Notes under the pieces: model-generated
Databases searched by the model: none
What the model was told of the DNA's origin: nothing
The model's input: only the letters and a program-made list of their open reading frames with translations
From: Ruditapes philippinarum
Taxonomy: Eukaryota
DNA length: 64,000 nucleotides
Assembly (NCBI RefSeq): GCF_026571515.1
Contig: NW_026854840.1
Span: forward strand, 1-64,000
Direction: 5' to 3'
Position numbers and translations under genes: made by a program
Shown: piece after piece, positions 51,488 to 64,000 of the stretch
Position numbering within the stretch: position 1 is the first letter of the stretch
Layout: each line of letters opens with the position of its first letter

Positions 51488-54400
51488 ATGGTAAGTTATT
51501 TCTATTTCTTAAACATTAAACTTTAAATGCCAAAAGCCATTGTATCTAAACGCTTAAAAAAGATGAGAGTTTACATAAATTATTAAATAAAAGCGGTGCT
51601 TTATTGAGTTATTGAATTTCTGATATCTAGAGAAACAAATTAAAATAAACAAATAAATATTTTATTTATGTCGTTAGAAAAAGAAATATAGTTCTAAATA
51701 TATATTTGAATCCATACATTACCCAATTATAACTGTGAAAAAGATGAAAAGTACCATTAAGAATATGTTTGTTATATATTTTATGAATATTAAAGTGAAT
51801 TGGTCCAAAATGGAACGATTTTAATATCATACCAAACCACTTAAAATAAAAGTTGTACAAACACGTTCCCTTAATCTTAATATTCATTGACAAACAACAC
51901 GAAAAATTTCAGGTAATTTTACATAGTGACTTCTGATTTTATATTTATGAAGAAAGGAACTTAGATATCTATACATGTAAATATTCATATACGTAAATCT
52001 TTTATTTTGACAAGCAATACCGTCGTCTGGCTTCCAACTATTTTGATAAGAAGGCCTGGGTCACCGTTTTATGCTTAAATTAACGAAATTATGTCAATGA
52101 CTTTAAAGTAATGACAATAAAGTTTATAGGGTAAATTATTGCCCTTAAGAATACTTTATAAACATTTGTTTTGTTTGAAATTTGAATTTTTGTTTTGTCG
52201 AATAAAGCTTGATACATACATACATACATACATACACACGTACGTACGTACGTATGTACGCGCGAGCGCACGAACGCACATACATACATACATACATACA
52301 TACAATTCAATATGTAGCAGGTCTTGCAAGCCTATACAATTCAATATATACCATGTCTTGCAAGCCCATACAATTAAATGTGTATTATTTCTTGCAATTC
52401 TATACTATTTATTGTGTACCATGTTTAGCAAGTCAATACAATTCAAAGTGTAGCAGGTCAAACAATGAGAAACACCTTCCAATAACCTTAAACCTTTCTT
52501 TTGATTTTGTTTTATTTTGTGACTTTAGTCCAAAATATACATACCGAATTGCGCCGTAGACTTAAAGGTGCATAGGTGGATATTTGTCCATGTTTGTATT
52601 TAACGGTACATTTGCATACAGCAGTTTTATTATACAAGGTGGCCAAAGAAACACTAAAACCATTCATCCACTATCGAGAAGTGGTTTGTCCACTACCATC
52701 ATCAGCACTAGTTTAACATGCGGAAAGTCTTGTAAAAGTTTGACTGTATCTTTACTTTCTCGTTTGAACAGGAAGAGCACTGCTTTGTCTACTTTGTATA
52801 TGCTTACACTTTTGATATTTAATTGGATGCGTTATATTTATTTTCCTTTGATCATTTATTTGTTTCTGTTTTAGGTTAACATTTGGCATTTGCTGATAGC
52901 AATTATATTGAGTTGCAGCTATGCTGTTACGGAAAAAACAATAGGTAAAAAAGATTTAATAATCATGAGCATTTTTTGATAGATGAGAAATTACGTTTCG
53001 TTACAAGATAGTATGCAAACACATTCTTTGCATGCATAACCTGAATATTGTTTATAGAAAAAAATGTAATTAGGTGTAGCATAAGTGGGAGCCCGCCCCC
53101 TAGTGCGAGGCAACAGTGAAATACCACTACTTTTATCGTTTCTTTACTTATTCAGTGAGGCGGGGACCGGAGCGCAAGCTCCCAGGTTCTGGCGCTAAGC
53201 GGGCGCCCTCTGTCGGCGCCCGTGACCCGCTCTGAAGACCTTGTTAGGCACCGTAAAGGAAGGGTATAAATATATAAGTACACATGTACTTATCCAATAT
53301 TTACATCTAGCTTCTTTTGTTCTTATCCACATTATGCCTCATATTCGAATACATTTTCGCTTCCTTAGAAAGGGCAAACATTATTTTAATAACATATAAA
53401 TAATAGTTCTAGAGCATGTTACATGTATGTGCTTGTCAACTTAAAAGGTAGCAATACATGTGAAATAATTTGTCACAAGAGTAAGAAAATGTTAATAAGG
53501 TAGCTTTTTGACTACCGTACAAAATACTTAATCACTGTAAGTATATGTAAGCAGCAGAAGAAAAAGATGGTTTGGAAATTGGTCGACGAGTATCGTTTCG
53601 GACACTATAATAGTACACCGAGAATAAAACTCTTTTTTAGAAATAAAATGAATAAATAAATAAATATGTTTTAAATGTAATATGTCAAGACTTACAAATG
53701 TCTGAATACATGTGTTAGCTATCAATTCTAATACTAATACATGTGTGGCGTCGTAGCCGAGTGGTTAACGCTTCGAACTAGTTATCTAAAGATTACTAGT
53801 CGCGTAGGTTCAAACCTCGTCAGGGGTAAGCCGTCGTTTCTTTGAGCAGCAAACTTTCCTCATTGCCAAGTACTTGTTGGTGTCAGAAACGGATCTGAGA
53901 GTTTATAAGCTTTTAGATTTCTATACCGTCTAACTAAAATAGAGTTTGTATTAGTTAAATATATTACTACTTTAGATACGAAGAAAAGATTCGTCTTGCA
54001 AGACTCTACTTTACGTAATTACGACCCGCACACAGAGATCTCACTTTGCAAATGTTTCAATGACTGTCATCTTGATTCCTTCAATTTGAAAACTACAAGT
54101 ATGTTTCTTCTCTATTTTACAAATTTGTGTTGTCGTTTTTCTGGATTTTACTCATTTTTAACACATTTTGTGGTCATATCTTGGCAATGAATCCAGTAAT
54201 TACAATGTCCGAGATTGTTTATCACGGAGAATTAGGAACGACACTTGCTATAACATTACATGGTATGGTTTAATTATTACAATCAAAAGATGATTTGTTA
54301 GTAGATTCAATCTGATGAATTTCAAGAGATCGCTATCAATCGGAGGTAAAAAGGATATCACAGTCACCAAATTAAGAAACATTTGGCCATTTGAAATTAT

Positions 54401-57400
54401 TGAGTATTCAATGCGAAACAAAATAGATAATTTTATCTGTATTTTAATAATGGGGAAAAGTTATACCCGCAAAAAGGGCAGCATTATTAGAATTCAGGAC
54501 TGTTCAACGTCTCGATGAGGCAAATGTTAAACAATATTGTTCTGTTTAATGGCTTATTCTAATACATTATCGAGTTGCAAACGTGCATTGTGTATTTGTG
54601 TAATTCTAAATGATACACACGGAAACGAAGGACACGAAAACACGCAAAATGTGTTCTCTTAATATTGAAGCTTTTTAATGATACATTCTCAATTTAGATT
54701 TAATAAATGAAAATTTGTGCTTATCTATTAGTTTTATTTGTTTTATATCTTATTTTATTTATTTAGTTTTATCAAGCATTATTTCAGAAAATTATGTTGT
54801 AATAAAAGATTTCTTGCAGCATATGAATGAAGTGAGTTTCAGATATATTTTTCTTTGTTTCATATTTCAAAGATTTGACAAGATATAATCAGATCTGGAA
54901 TGCAACTGATTGTTCAGGTATGACATAGCGTTACATATTCCAGGCGATAGTAATTTTTAATTTGACTAAAATCAGCTCCTAAATTACGCTACCCATTAGG
55001 ATCTGACGGCCACCAATAGCTTGTCATACCGCGATCTTTCAAACAGCCAATCATCGAGAAAGCTTTCACAATTTTAAAAGCGATGTTGTTTGTAATTTTA
55101 ACCACTAGAAAAATGATACTGAGAAGTTTATTTTCAAGAACAAACATGGCGTTGTCCATATCGCCTGCAGTTAACTGGCATAATTTCTTTTCATTCATTT
55201 TATGTCATTTTGTGAGTTACGGATTATTGTCCACGCTTTTTTACAAGATTTTATATTCTTGCTTACAGTTTGGAATGGCACGATAGAGTGACAATGAAAG
55301 CCCCCTTATCACCACATTAAAAACATTTACGAATGTTTCAAAATTCTTAACTTATAGCAATGTGTGTTCCTGTTTCCACGAAACGCCTTAAGCAGATGGT
55401 TATTTTGATATTTTTGATATCTTTATATTAATACAAACATTTTATGCATGAAAACATACAGGACCATATGCACGACCGGTGGGTCCATTTCAACTTCCAG
55501 AATTCACGATTTCAGCTTCATTTATTCAACTTCATGAATTCGACATTATGAATTTAACTTCACGATTTTAACTTTATGAATTCAACCTCGTGAGTTCAAC
55601 TTCATGAATTCTGCTTCACGATTTCAACTTAATGTATCCAACTTCACGATTTCAGCTTCATGAATTAAACTTTATGAACACATGTTTTGAATTACACGAT
55701 TTCAACTTCGTGAAGTTGAAATCGTTAATTTTTAAAGTTTTAGTGAAGTTGAATCGTGAATTCTTGAATTCTTGAAGTTGAGATCGTGAATTCTTGATTT
55801 CTTAATGTTGAAATCGTGAATTCATAAAGTTGAAATTGTGAATTTGTGATAATGAACCTGAAAATTGAAGAAGTTTTTGAAATGTCACCACATGCTTTTC
55901 TACATATGTAATATATCTTTATTCTGTAATGATTCAGGAGAAACAAGATGCGGATTAAGTGATCCATGCAAAAATGGTGGGCATTGTATTGACAAAGACC
56001 ATGGTAATTTCTACACATGTAACTGTGAAAAGAACTTCACAGGCATAGATTGCAGCATCAAAGGTTAGCGCATGCGCATTTCCTTCAAAACCTATTCCTC
56101 GATCATTAAAAAAATCGTATGTTTCAAAGATTATGTCGAGTAGACGAGGCATATACTTTAATATAAACTAGGTCCATGTCTGTAATATTTTCCTGCTAAA
56201 AGATGTGTACAACTTGGTAAGTTTATATGAATCATGTGTCTATCTTGATATTCCGTTTTTGTCATCAGCATTATTGTTTGTTAATGTACGGGTATATTGC
56301 ATTTACAATGTATGAATATTGAATGTTTTGTTAATTTTACATAATCTACATTTTGATTCATTTGGTTTTGTGTTGACGAGAAACAATATGTACATTGTAT
56401 TACATCGATAATCAATTGACTGTTTATTTTACGAAGCCGATAGTAACGTTTGCCTTCATAATCCGTGTCTACACAATGGAACATGCAGTAATACTCAATC
56501 AAATAAAGTGAAATGTAACTGCCCACTTGGATATGATGGCCAGTTCTGCGAGAATGGTATTTATTTCAGCGCCATTTATTTACTTAATTTATATTTTTAT
56601 ATCGATATATATATAAATAAGTGGTGACTTAGTTTAACATTACAGTGGTGGCCTGTCAAACCTCAACCAATTATTTGGCATAGCGGTGCATGAAATAAGT
56701 ACTGGTTAGCTTTTGGGAAGCGCAGTCGATAGTGGATGAGATGAGCTTCAAACTTTAATTAACATTGAGCTAAAAATAAAATTGTCGAAACTGACTTTCA
56801 ATGTTTAAACCTTAATCTAAATATAATCGAGATTATTTCGTTACTATGCCTAAAACCGTATTTCTACTAAGTATGCTTGACCGGTGAAATCGGAATGGAA
56901 GTAAGTTATCTATTTAAAATACGTCGTCTTTTCTTCCTTAACATCCATAATCTCTGGCAAAGGTATGGGTATTTCTTACTGTATGTTATGCTAAACAAAA
57001 AATTAAACTAATTTGTGTAATATGTTAAAACAACCTCGTCTTAAATAATCCAAAATATACTATTGGAATCACCCTAATTATTTTAAATTTATTGTTCTTA
57101 TGACTACAGAAAATGTAACAGATAATCGTAATTTAAGTATTTACTGGTATAATGCGTTTACTAAACGTCGCCAATGACTCAATTCAATGTAAATTGCCAA
57201 TTGTACATGTAGATATCTATAGCATAATGTTATGTTACTTATGATGAGTCATTGTAAAAAAATCTATATTTTTAAAGAATATTGTTTCTCTCACGATGTT
57301 TCCTTTGCCCTTTCCCATTGAGCTACAAACACAATACAGTCATGTATTATTAACACAGACATAGACGAGTGCGACCAGTTCCATCTTTGTCAAAATGGTG

Positions 57401-60400
57401 CGACTTGTCATAATACCGATGGTCACTTTCAATGCATTTGCCTTGCTGGTTGGAGCGGTACCCTTTGCGAGACTGGTAACTTTTTCATTTACATCAACTT
57501 TACAAGAACACATTTGTTTAGTCTTTCTGAAATTTGTGAGTCAGATATTGAGAAAATCAACCGAATTTGTTAAATGGTTTCAGGTGCAACTGTTAGGGTG
57601 TGTTTGTTAAGCTTGAGAAAACTCGTTTGAAAAAATTATAGCCACGGTCATAAACGACATTTTTGCATATTTTTATTACAGGATATATTTGATAAAGAGT
57701 GAGACTAAAAAGTGTTGGAGCCGTATTCCGGTATATAACGGACAAGGCGCTTAAATGAATGAAATAAATGCTGAAATCTTGCCTTTTCACTCAAAGAAAT
57801 GTACATTTAAATGTTTTATACACATCTTCACATCAATTTATATACGATAACGAATAAAATAATATAAGAATGGACGAACAGAAGAGGTATTTTTCTGCCT
57901 TGTGATCATGATTTCTGCAAGCGTCTTTAGGTACTGCTCAATACTGTTGTGATAAGTCTATTTTGGTACATTTATGATTGAAAATATGTCTGACAAAAAT
58001 ATTTAAATTTAAATGTGCCCACAAGCTGATGTTACTATTTTAAACAAATCCGATATAATGTCAACAGGTTAGTGTCTTGTACTTTCGGTTTCTACAATCA
58101 TTATAATAAATATATAAATAATGTATCTTTTGCTATTGTTTTTATGAATTCACCTCTTTTAGGTGGACTTGATATATTGGAAATAAACTTGTCATCTCAG
58201 CATTAAATTACTATTTGTTTACATGTTTAGTCCGAAATACCGTATCCGTTCTGTGTATTCATGATACGAGCGTATTGTGTTCGAGGTGAAGACTTACGGA
58301 AAGGGCCGAAAAGTTGCGATTCAAATTGTATTTGTCTGTGTGTGGAGTGAGTTGATTTACATCTTCAGTTTATCTTTTTTTGCTCAGATGTGGATGAATG
58401 CTCATCAAACACTTGCTTGAATGGAGCCACGTGTAATAACACACCAGGCGGTTATAATTGCACATGTGGGTCAGGATGGACTGATGTAAACTGTGACACA
58501 GGTAAATAACATTTTCAGATTGAAATTAAATTATTAGTTTGCGAGATATAAAACAGGCTATAATAACAGATAAGAGACTTTTGTATTCGGTTTTTTGAGC
58601 TTTTTCAATTTTGAAATTCCTGTTTAATAGATTGGCGACTAGGAAGCTGTGGTCGGGCGGACGTCAGACATGTGGTTTCCTGTCTATAACTAAAGTTAGG
58701 AATAATATTATGCAATAGCAAATTTATGTAGAGACCTCGCGTGGGATTTGTTACTTAAAACACGGTATCTGATCAATAAATTATTGCATGCAAATAGCAA
58801 GCTTACTAAGAGACCGTGCATTTGACTTCTTTTAATCCTCTTGTGGGTTTGGTGGTGGGAGTCAAGGTCGCTGTTACTTAAAATAAAAAATGGTTTCCGG
58901 TCGATATCTAAAATTAGAAATTAGATATAGTAATAACAATTGATATTTATAAATTGATTTTGGCCCTCCTAAGGTCAATGTCAATGTCTTTGTTTACAAA
59001 AAATTGAAAAATGATTTCCAGTCAATAGCCGGAAGGAGTTAGGAATCTTTTCACACGGTGTTACACCGTTAACAATAGAATGATCTACGTCTTGCGCGTT
59101 TTACAGGTATTTTTATGTAAAAGTTTGTTTGTACGTGGAAAACTCAATATATGTTAAATTTCGGAGTATATTTGTTGCTAAGGAAAATGTTCTAGCTACA
59201 CTAGCTAAACACTTTTGCACACGATGTAGACATGTATGTTAAATTATACACATTCAATTCGGTTAAATTTAACCACTTGGTTACGTATAAATTTTATTAA
59301 CCAAATGTATAAAAATTGGATAAAATTTAACCGGCGTAACATTTTGTTTCAATTAACACTTGTGTGGGAGGGGGATTGAACTTATTAACCAAAATTTAAC
59401 CAGAAATAGAAACGGCTGTCGTTAATCTACTGCGTCTTAATTTTCATTCACATTTGTATAAAAGTAAACAATAATGGTCTTATATGATGGTAACTCTATT
59501 AGAAATCATGATATGATGGTAACTCTATTAGAAATCATTTAGAACTCTATGTATTTGCAGTTAAAGAGACACGATTTTGTTACAATAGTAAATTAATACA
59601 TTATTTTATTTTCCGGACAAGATGTCAACGAGTGTATGAATAGCCCTTGTATAAACAATGGAACATGTAATAACCTTAATGGAACCTACGACTGCGCCTG
59701 CCCCTCAGCATGGACCGGCACTAATTGTGAAACAGGTAAGTGTGATCTTCTGCCATTCATTTAAAGAATATATCATACAATTTACTTGCACTCATTCAGT
59801 ACCCTCTAATCTGATTTTATATCACATCACATAAAAATCAAGATGTATTTTAAAAGATGTGTTTAAATCATTGAATGCTATGCCATGTCTTTTACAGATT
59901 TAGACGAGTGCCAAACCTTTAACTCAAAAGGGTTTTTATGTTGGAACAACGCAACGTGCACAAATTCGATTGGTGGCTACACGTGTAATTGTGCAATTGG
60001 TTGGAAAGGACTATTTTGCAAAAAAGGTATGCATATTTAAATAGTGTATGCATATAACTGGAATTTTCGCCTTTTAAAGATTACTGCTTATTTTCAAGAA
60101 AAAAAGGAAAATCTATTTAACAATATTATACAATGTACATGTATTATCAAGTGAACAAAGAATGTTATCAACACATTGCAAACACCAATCTTTACTTGAA
60201 CTTGAAATGTTTCCTAATATCTTATTTTTTAAGTTGATTTTCGTGAATCTTGTGGCTTATCTTGATGCTTTAAGCCTTTGTCTTGTTAAGAATGGAGAAA
60301 ATCAAGGACAAAAGCCGTTGATAGTGAATAAAAAAATGACATCTTCATAAAGGAGTGCATGTAATTGACGAATGTTAGAAGTAATTTGTAAATGTACGGA

Positions 60401-63400
60401 GCAATCTTCAAATGAATTCATACTTGAGCATGGAAATATGTATAAAATATATACAGTTATAAAAATTAACTGGGTAAAATATGGGTATTTTTGTAAATGG
60501 GACCAATAAAAGAAAAGAGAATTGTGATACTAAAAATACAATACTGACTTGAAATTAAATTATCAAGACTAAATTTAAACATGTGTCGACTATTCTCCTA
60601 TACTTAAGATCCTAATTTTTCTTTTTTGTTGTTGTTTTTTTTTATCAATTAATGTCGTCATCTTATCATTTTGATTTTGAATCTTGTAGAAAACCACGAT
60701 TGTGACAGTTCACCGTGTGGAAATAATGGAACTTGCTCTCTTACACCATCTGGATTTAATTGCACATGCCCAGAAGGATGGGAGGGACAAGCATGTGCTC
60801 ACGGTGAAAAAAACCAAAACGTTTTAACATAATGTGTTTATGATGTGTTACGGGAATGTTTTAAAGAAATCGTTATTTAAATAACTATTCATATAACGAT
60901 TCTTTATGTTATGATATATTTTTCCTTTTTTTCTCTTTCATTTTATCAAAGGTTTTACAAATGATATGATATATTTAGACACAGTACATAAAAAATCGAT
61001 ACTTTTCAAAAGTTAAACGTACTGTCGTTATTGTGACTCATATTTCGGACTCATGCCAGCATTAAAAGAACACCCCTGAGTTTTTTTGACACGATGGGAT
61101 TAAACATTATTTCAAGATAAATGTTCCATTTTGATATAAGATTAGACCAACATTATCTTTATGTTTCTGGACTTTTGAACCTCAGTGGAGTTCGTTTATT
61201 CGTTTAATTACCTTTGATACTTTAGAAAAAAAAACACGAATTATGCACGCGAGCGTTATTTCAACTGTTGCCACTATATTACATTAAAAGTCGTGCTATT
61301 GTTACAACAACAACAACAACAACAACAGCAACAACAACATATTTAAAGGTTATTATAATATTTTTACAGATGCTGATGAATGCATTTTACAACCTTGTTT
61401 GAATAATGGTACGTGTTCTAATACAGAGGGTAATTATAGCTGTAAATGCAAACCTGGATGGACAGGCACACACTGTGATACAGGTAAATATTTATTGGCA
61501 AGATTGACCTGAAACATTTCAATATTCATTATGTCCTCTGAATTTAAATATTCAGTTAAAATTGACCTGTGATTGAAAATAAATTCCTAAGATATTTAAA
61601 TATTCATTATACATGTATCATCAAAGTTTTAATAATCATTGCATTGACCTTCTTCCGTAGTGATTGGCAATATATTCCTTAGATATTTGAAAATTCAGTT
61701 TGCCATCAGAATTTCAATATTCATTACATTGACCTTCTTCCGTGGTGATTGGCAATATATTCCTTAGATATTTAAGAATTAATTATGCCATCAGAATTTC
61801 AATATTCATTACATTGACCTTCTTCCGTAACTTAGGGCCCAGTTACACAGACGGTCGGTCCCCAATCGGTCATTTAATTTTAAATTTACTCGCTGTTATG
61901 ATCGGTTGTCATGCGTGATTTTTATCTGGTTATCTGTGTAAACGGCCATCGGTGACAGAAAGCAAACTCAAACGGGAATGGGTCGATGATTAAATGCTGA
62001 AATACTTTTGGTTTTTATCGTTTGTAAATCGGAGCTAAATCGGGCGTAACGCTGATTAACCGGTGTTTGATAGCTAGTCATCAGTGGTTAAACACTTTCC
62101 GTCAGATATGGCCGGTGATTCATATTTGGTCACCTTTGTCCGATCGGCGATATCGGTGATTAAGAGCTTGCACATCTCGTGATATAGGTTGCCGTCGGTA
62201 ATTTTTAAAATATTTTCACCGATCGAGAATTTTAAACGTGTTTAAAAGTCCCAATCGGTAATTTTTCACCGATGAAACTTATCTTTCCCCAATAGCAGTT
62301 GATAGGTGGAAAACAGGTGACCAATAGGTGATATCGGTGATAAATACGTTGTCATCGGTTCACTCCATAATTTGGCTAAAAAAACTACCGATCAATCACC
62401 GATGGCTCTGTGTAACTGGGGTGTAAGAGTATGAGAGCATCAGTGTAACTTAATGTAAAATCTTCTCATGTTAACATGTAGATCTAATAGAAATCGATAG
62501 GAGGTCACCCTCTTGTGACCTTTCAATCAGCCAATCAGTGGCCGCGTTCACGATCATGCAGCGGTTTAGTTTCTATTTTTAAGAGTTTATAAACAAGAAA
62601 CTTCTGCGCGATTTTCACAATTTCAAGATATAGCAGGTGAACAAAAAGGCAAAGCCCACGTTTTTTTTAAATAAATATTCTAAAATTGACACTTACATAA
62701 TGAAAATGATAGAATATAATTACGTTCCTAAAATTGAAATGTCTGTCTTAATTTGAAAATCGTGTTGAATCTGATGATCTGGTTCGTTCATAATTTCAAA
62801 TATTTTTGTAGAAAAAGTTTAATATAAAATTTCATTCGGTTTTCGTCATCTGGTTCAAAACCATAGAAGAAACCAAACCGCCGAATTTTCTGTTTGTGTA
62901 TCTATAATGTACAAGACATATAAACTTAACAAATCCACAGTGTTGTTAATGACACAAACTGTCAGGAAGAATCGGGATAAAAATAAATCTATAAAGAAAA
63001 TACATGTGTGTTGAATTTGATTCGTCCATATTCGAAATATAATTCCAAAAGCCAAACGAGAAGTTGACGGCCTGAGCACTTCTTTTTTTAAATACAACAT
63101 CCGAACTGAATATTCATAATAACATTGATTTACTCTTCTGATTCTAGACTATTCCCAGAGGTCACAGATATCAAGAGGATTAAATTTTTCGTTTGAGAGA
63201 AATATTGAATATATATTCACGAAACATGATAAAAGGCGTATATTTTCATGAGCCAGAAGGCAAGTCAAAATATGTGTCATTTTATCACGTTGAGTGATAA
63301 TATATACCATATTTCATGAAGAACGTAAAAATAACCTTTTTATGTAATTTCATTATCAGAGAAAAATGGTTTCGAATCTCCTTGCGGTCTTGTTTTGACT

Positions 63401-63850
63401 GTTTTTGCACGCGCAGCTTGACGTCACGTAAACAACTATTTAAACATCTGTACAGCGTTAATGACTGCATTTAAGATATTGGTGTTCGGATTTATTTTCT
63501 TAGACCATTTTCTATTGTTGAATTAGATTTTAAAACAAAATTCAACAAAAAGTTGCTTTTTTATTTATCAGATTTTTCAAACAAAATGGCGAAAGAAGTC
63601 CCTTAAAATAAATATGAGTTTTGACTCACTTTCATATTTATATTTCATATTTATTTTTAACAAATACGAAACATACTAGACTTATATAGCACCATATATC
63701 AGGGGTAAAAATAAATAATATTATATACAATTTCAGACCTTGACGAGTGTTCGCAATCACCTTGCCAACATAACGCCACATGTACAAATTTTGATGGAGG
63801 ATTTAACTGTAACTGCACTGACGCATGGACAGGTCCAATCTGTGTAAAAG
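51488..63850 (+). CDS. Gene C (3'-partial): signal peptide + 4-Cys N-terminal module + at least 9 EGF-like repeats; paralog of gene B
   Basis: ATG at 51488-51490 immediately followed by the donor gtaagt. Exons: 52875-52944 ([23 protein letters not shown]), 53976-54098 (DTKKRFVLQ...[18 protein letters not shown]), 54873-54917 ([15 protein letters not shown]), EGF exons 55938-56063, 56437-56556, 57359-57475, 58388-58501, 59622-59735, 59898-60026, 60690-60803, 61370-61483, 63737-63850. All EGF exons are phase 1-1 and GT-AG. The gene runs past the window end, so its C-terminal domain is not seen. Confidence 0.85.
52213..52283. repeat. (TACA)n/(TACG)n microsatellite
   Basis: Direct inspection; explains the HTYIHTY and CMYVCMY ORFs. 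Confidence 0.9.
53072..53240 (+). rRNA. Isolated 28S (LSU) rRNA fragment, non-functional, inside an intron of gene C
   Basis: Conserved LSU motifs aggtgtagcataagtggga, gtgaaataccactact...atcgtt and gacccgctctgaagac in the correct order, flanking a GC-rich expansion segment. Only about 170 bp, embedded in AT-rich intron. Confidence 0.85.
53746..53955 (+). mobile_element. tRNA-derived SINE, family 2
   Basis: tagccgagtggttaacg ... ggttcaaacctcgtcaggg ... ttgagcagcaaactttcctcattg; aligns with 47901-48110 and ends about 20 nt before the acceptor of gene C exon 53976. Confidence 0.7.
55483..55842. repeat. Fold-back array of short degenerate repeats (ttcaacttcatgaattcacgat, then its reverse complement)
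   Basis: Direct units run to about 55710, followed by inverted units (gaagttgaaatcgtgaattc). Confidence 0.65.
61640..61830. repeat. ~85-bp tandem repeat (about 2.2 copies)
   Basis: ttgaccttcttccgt recurs at about 61644, 61729 and 61814 with matching intervening sequence. Confidence 0.75.
61835..62423. mobile_element. MITE with TTA/TAA flanks (PIF/Harbinger-like)
   Basis: tta|gggcccagttacacaga ... tctgtgtaactggggtg|taa. Confidence 0.7.
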
Positions 63851-64000
63851 GTTTGAGTTAAAAAAAGCCAATACATTATGTATACCTTGATATGAGGAAA
63901 TTCATTTTTCCAAGAAAGCAGTTACTTTTAAACATTTATTGTGTTTCTACATGTACACTGTAATTGTTACCAAGATCACTAAAGGCTTATTGACAGATTC

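Noticed and set aside
53072-53240. Functional rDNA locus
   Set aside because: Only about 170 bp; no 18S, 5.8S or remaining 28S.
888-63470. Remaining short ORFs in the supplied track
   Set aside because: Low-complexity or repeat-derived, or alternative frames over real exons; no recognisable domains.
6809-63850. Calling the genes Notch, Delta/Serrate, fibropellin or fibrillin
   Set aside because: Only the generic EGF repeats match. No DSL, LNR, ankyrin, CUB, avidin-like, TB or transmembrane region was found in the complete genes, so no gene symbol is given.

Overview
AT-rich, intron-rich animal genomic DNA. The SINE, Helentron-like and MITE landscape suggests a bivalve mollusc (inference). 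The supplied ORFs are mostly exon fragments or noise; the real content appears only after manual splicing. The window holds a head-to-tail (+ strand) array of paralogous multi-exon genes: gene A (6809-21226, about 461 aa, 7 EGF repeats), gene B (27983-47826, about 581 aa, 9 EGF repeats), gene C (51488 to beyond the window end, at least 9 EGF repeats), and a broken exon of a fourth paralog at 2231-2348. Genes A and B each encode a signal peptide, an R-F-hydrophobic N-terminal segment, a stalk of one-EGF-per-exon (phase 1-1) repeats, and a roughly 135-aa, 8-cysteine C-terminal domain, with no transmembrane segment. By eye this C-terminal domain aligns with the Tae2/Dae2 (type VI secretion amidase effector / domesticated amidase effector, NlpC/P60 fold) family, but both catalytic residues are replaced (Cys->Asn; His->Ala/Thr). 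The best candidate novel system is therefore an expanded family of secreted EGF-stalk proteins tipped with a catalytically dead, bacterially derived peptidoglycan-amidase domain, possibly a peptidoglycan sensor or opsonin. That assignment rests on a manual alignment to a sequence recalled from memory and needs HMM and structure confirmation. The introns also contain a 3-exon internal duplication, an in-frame mini-exon duplicate, a 28S rRNA fragment, four satellite-carrying Helentron-like elements, tRNA-derived SINEs, MITEs and minisatellites.
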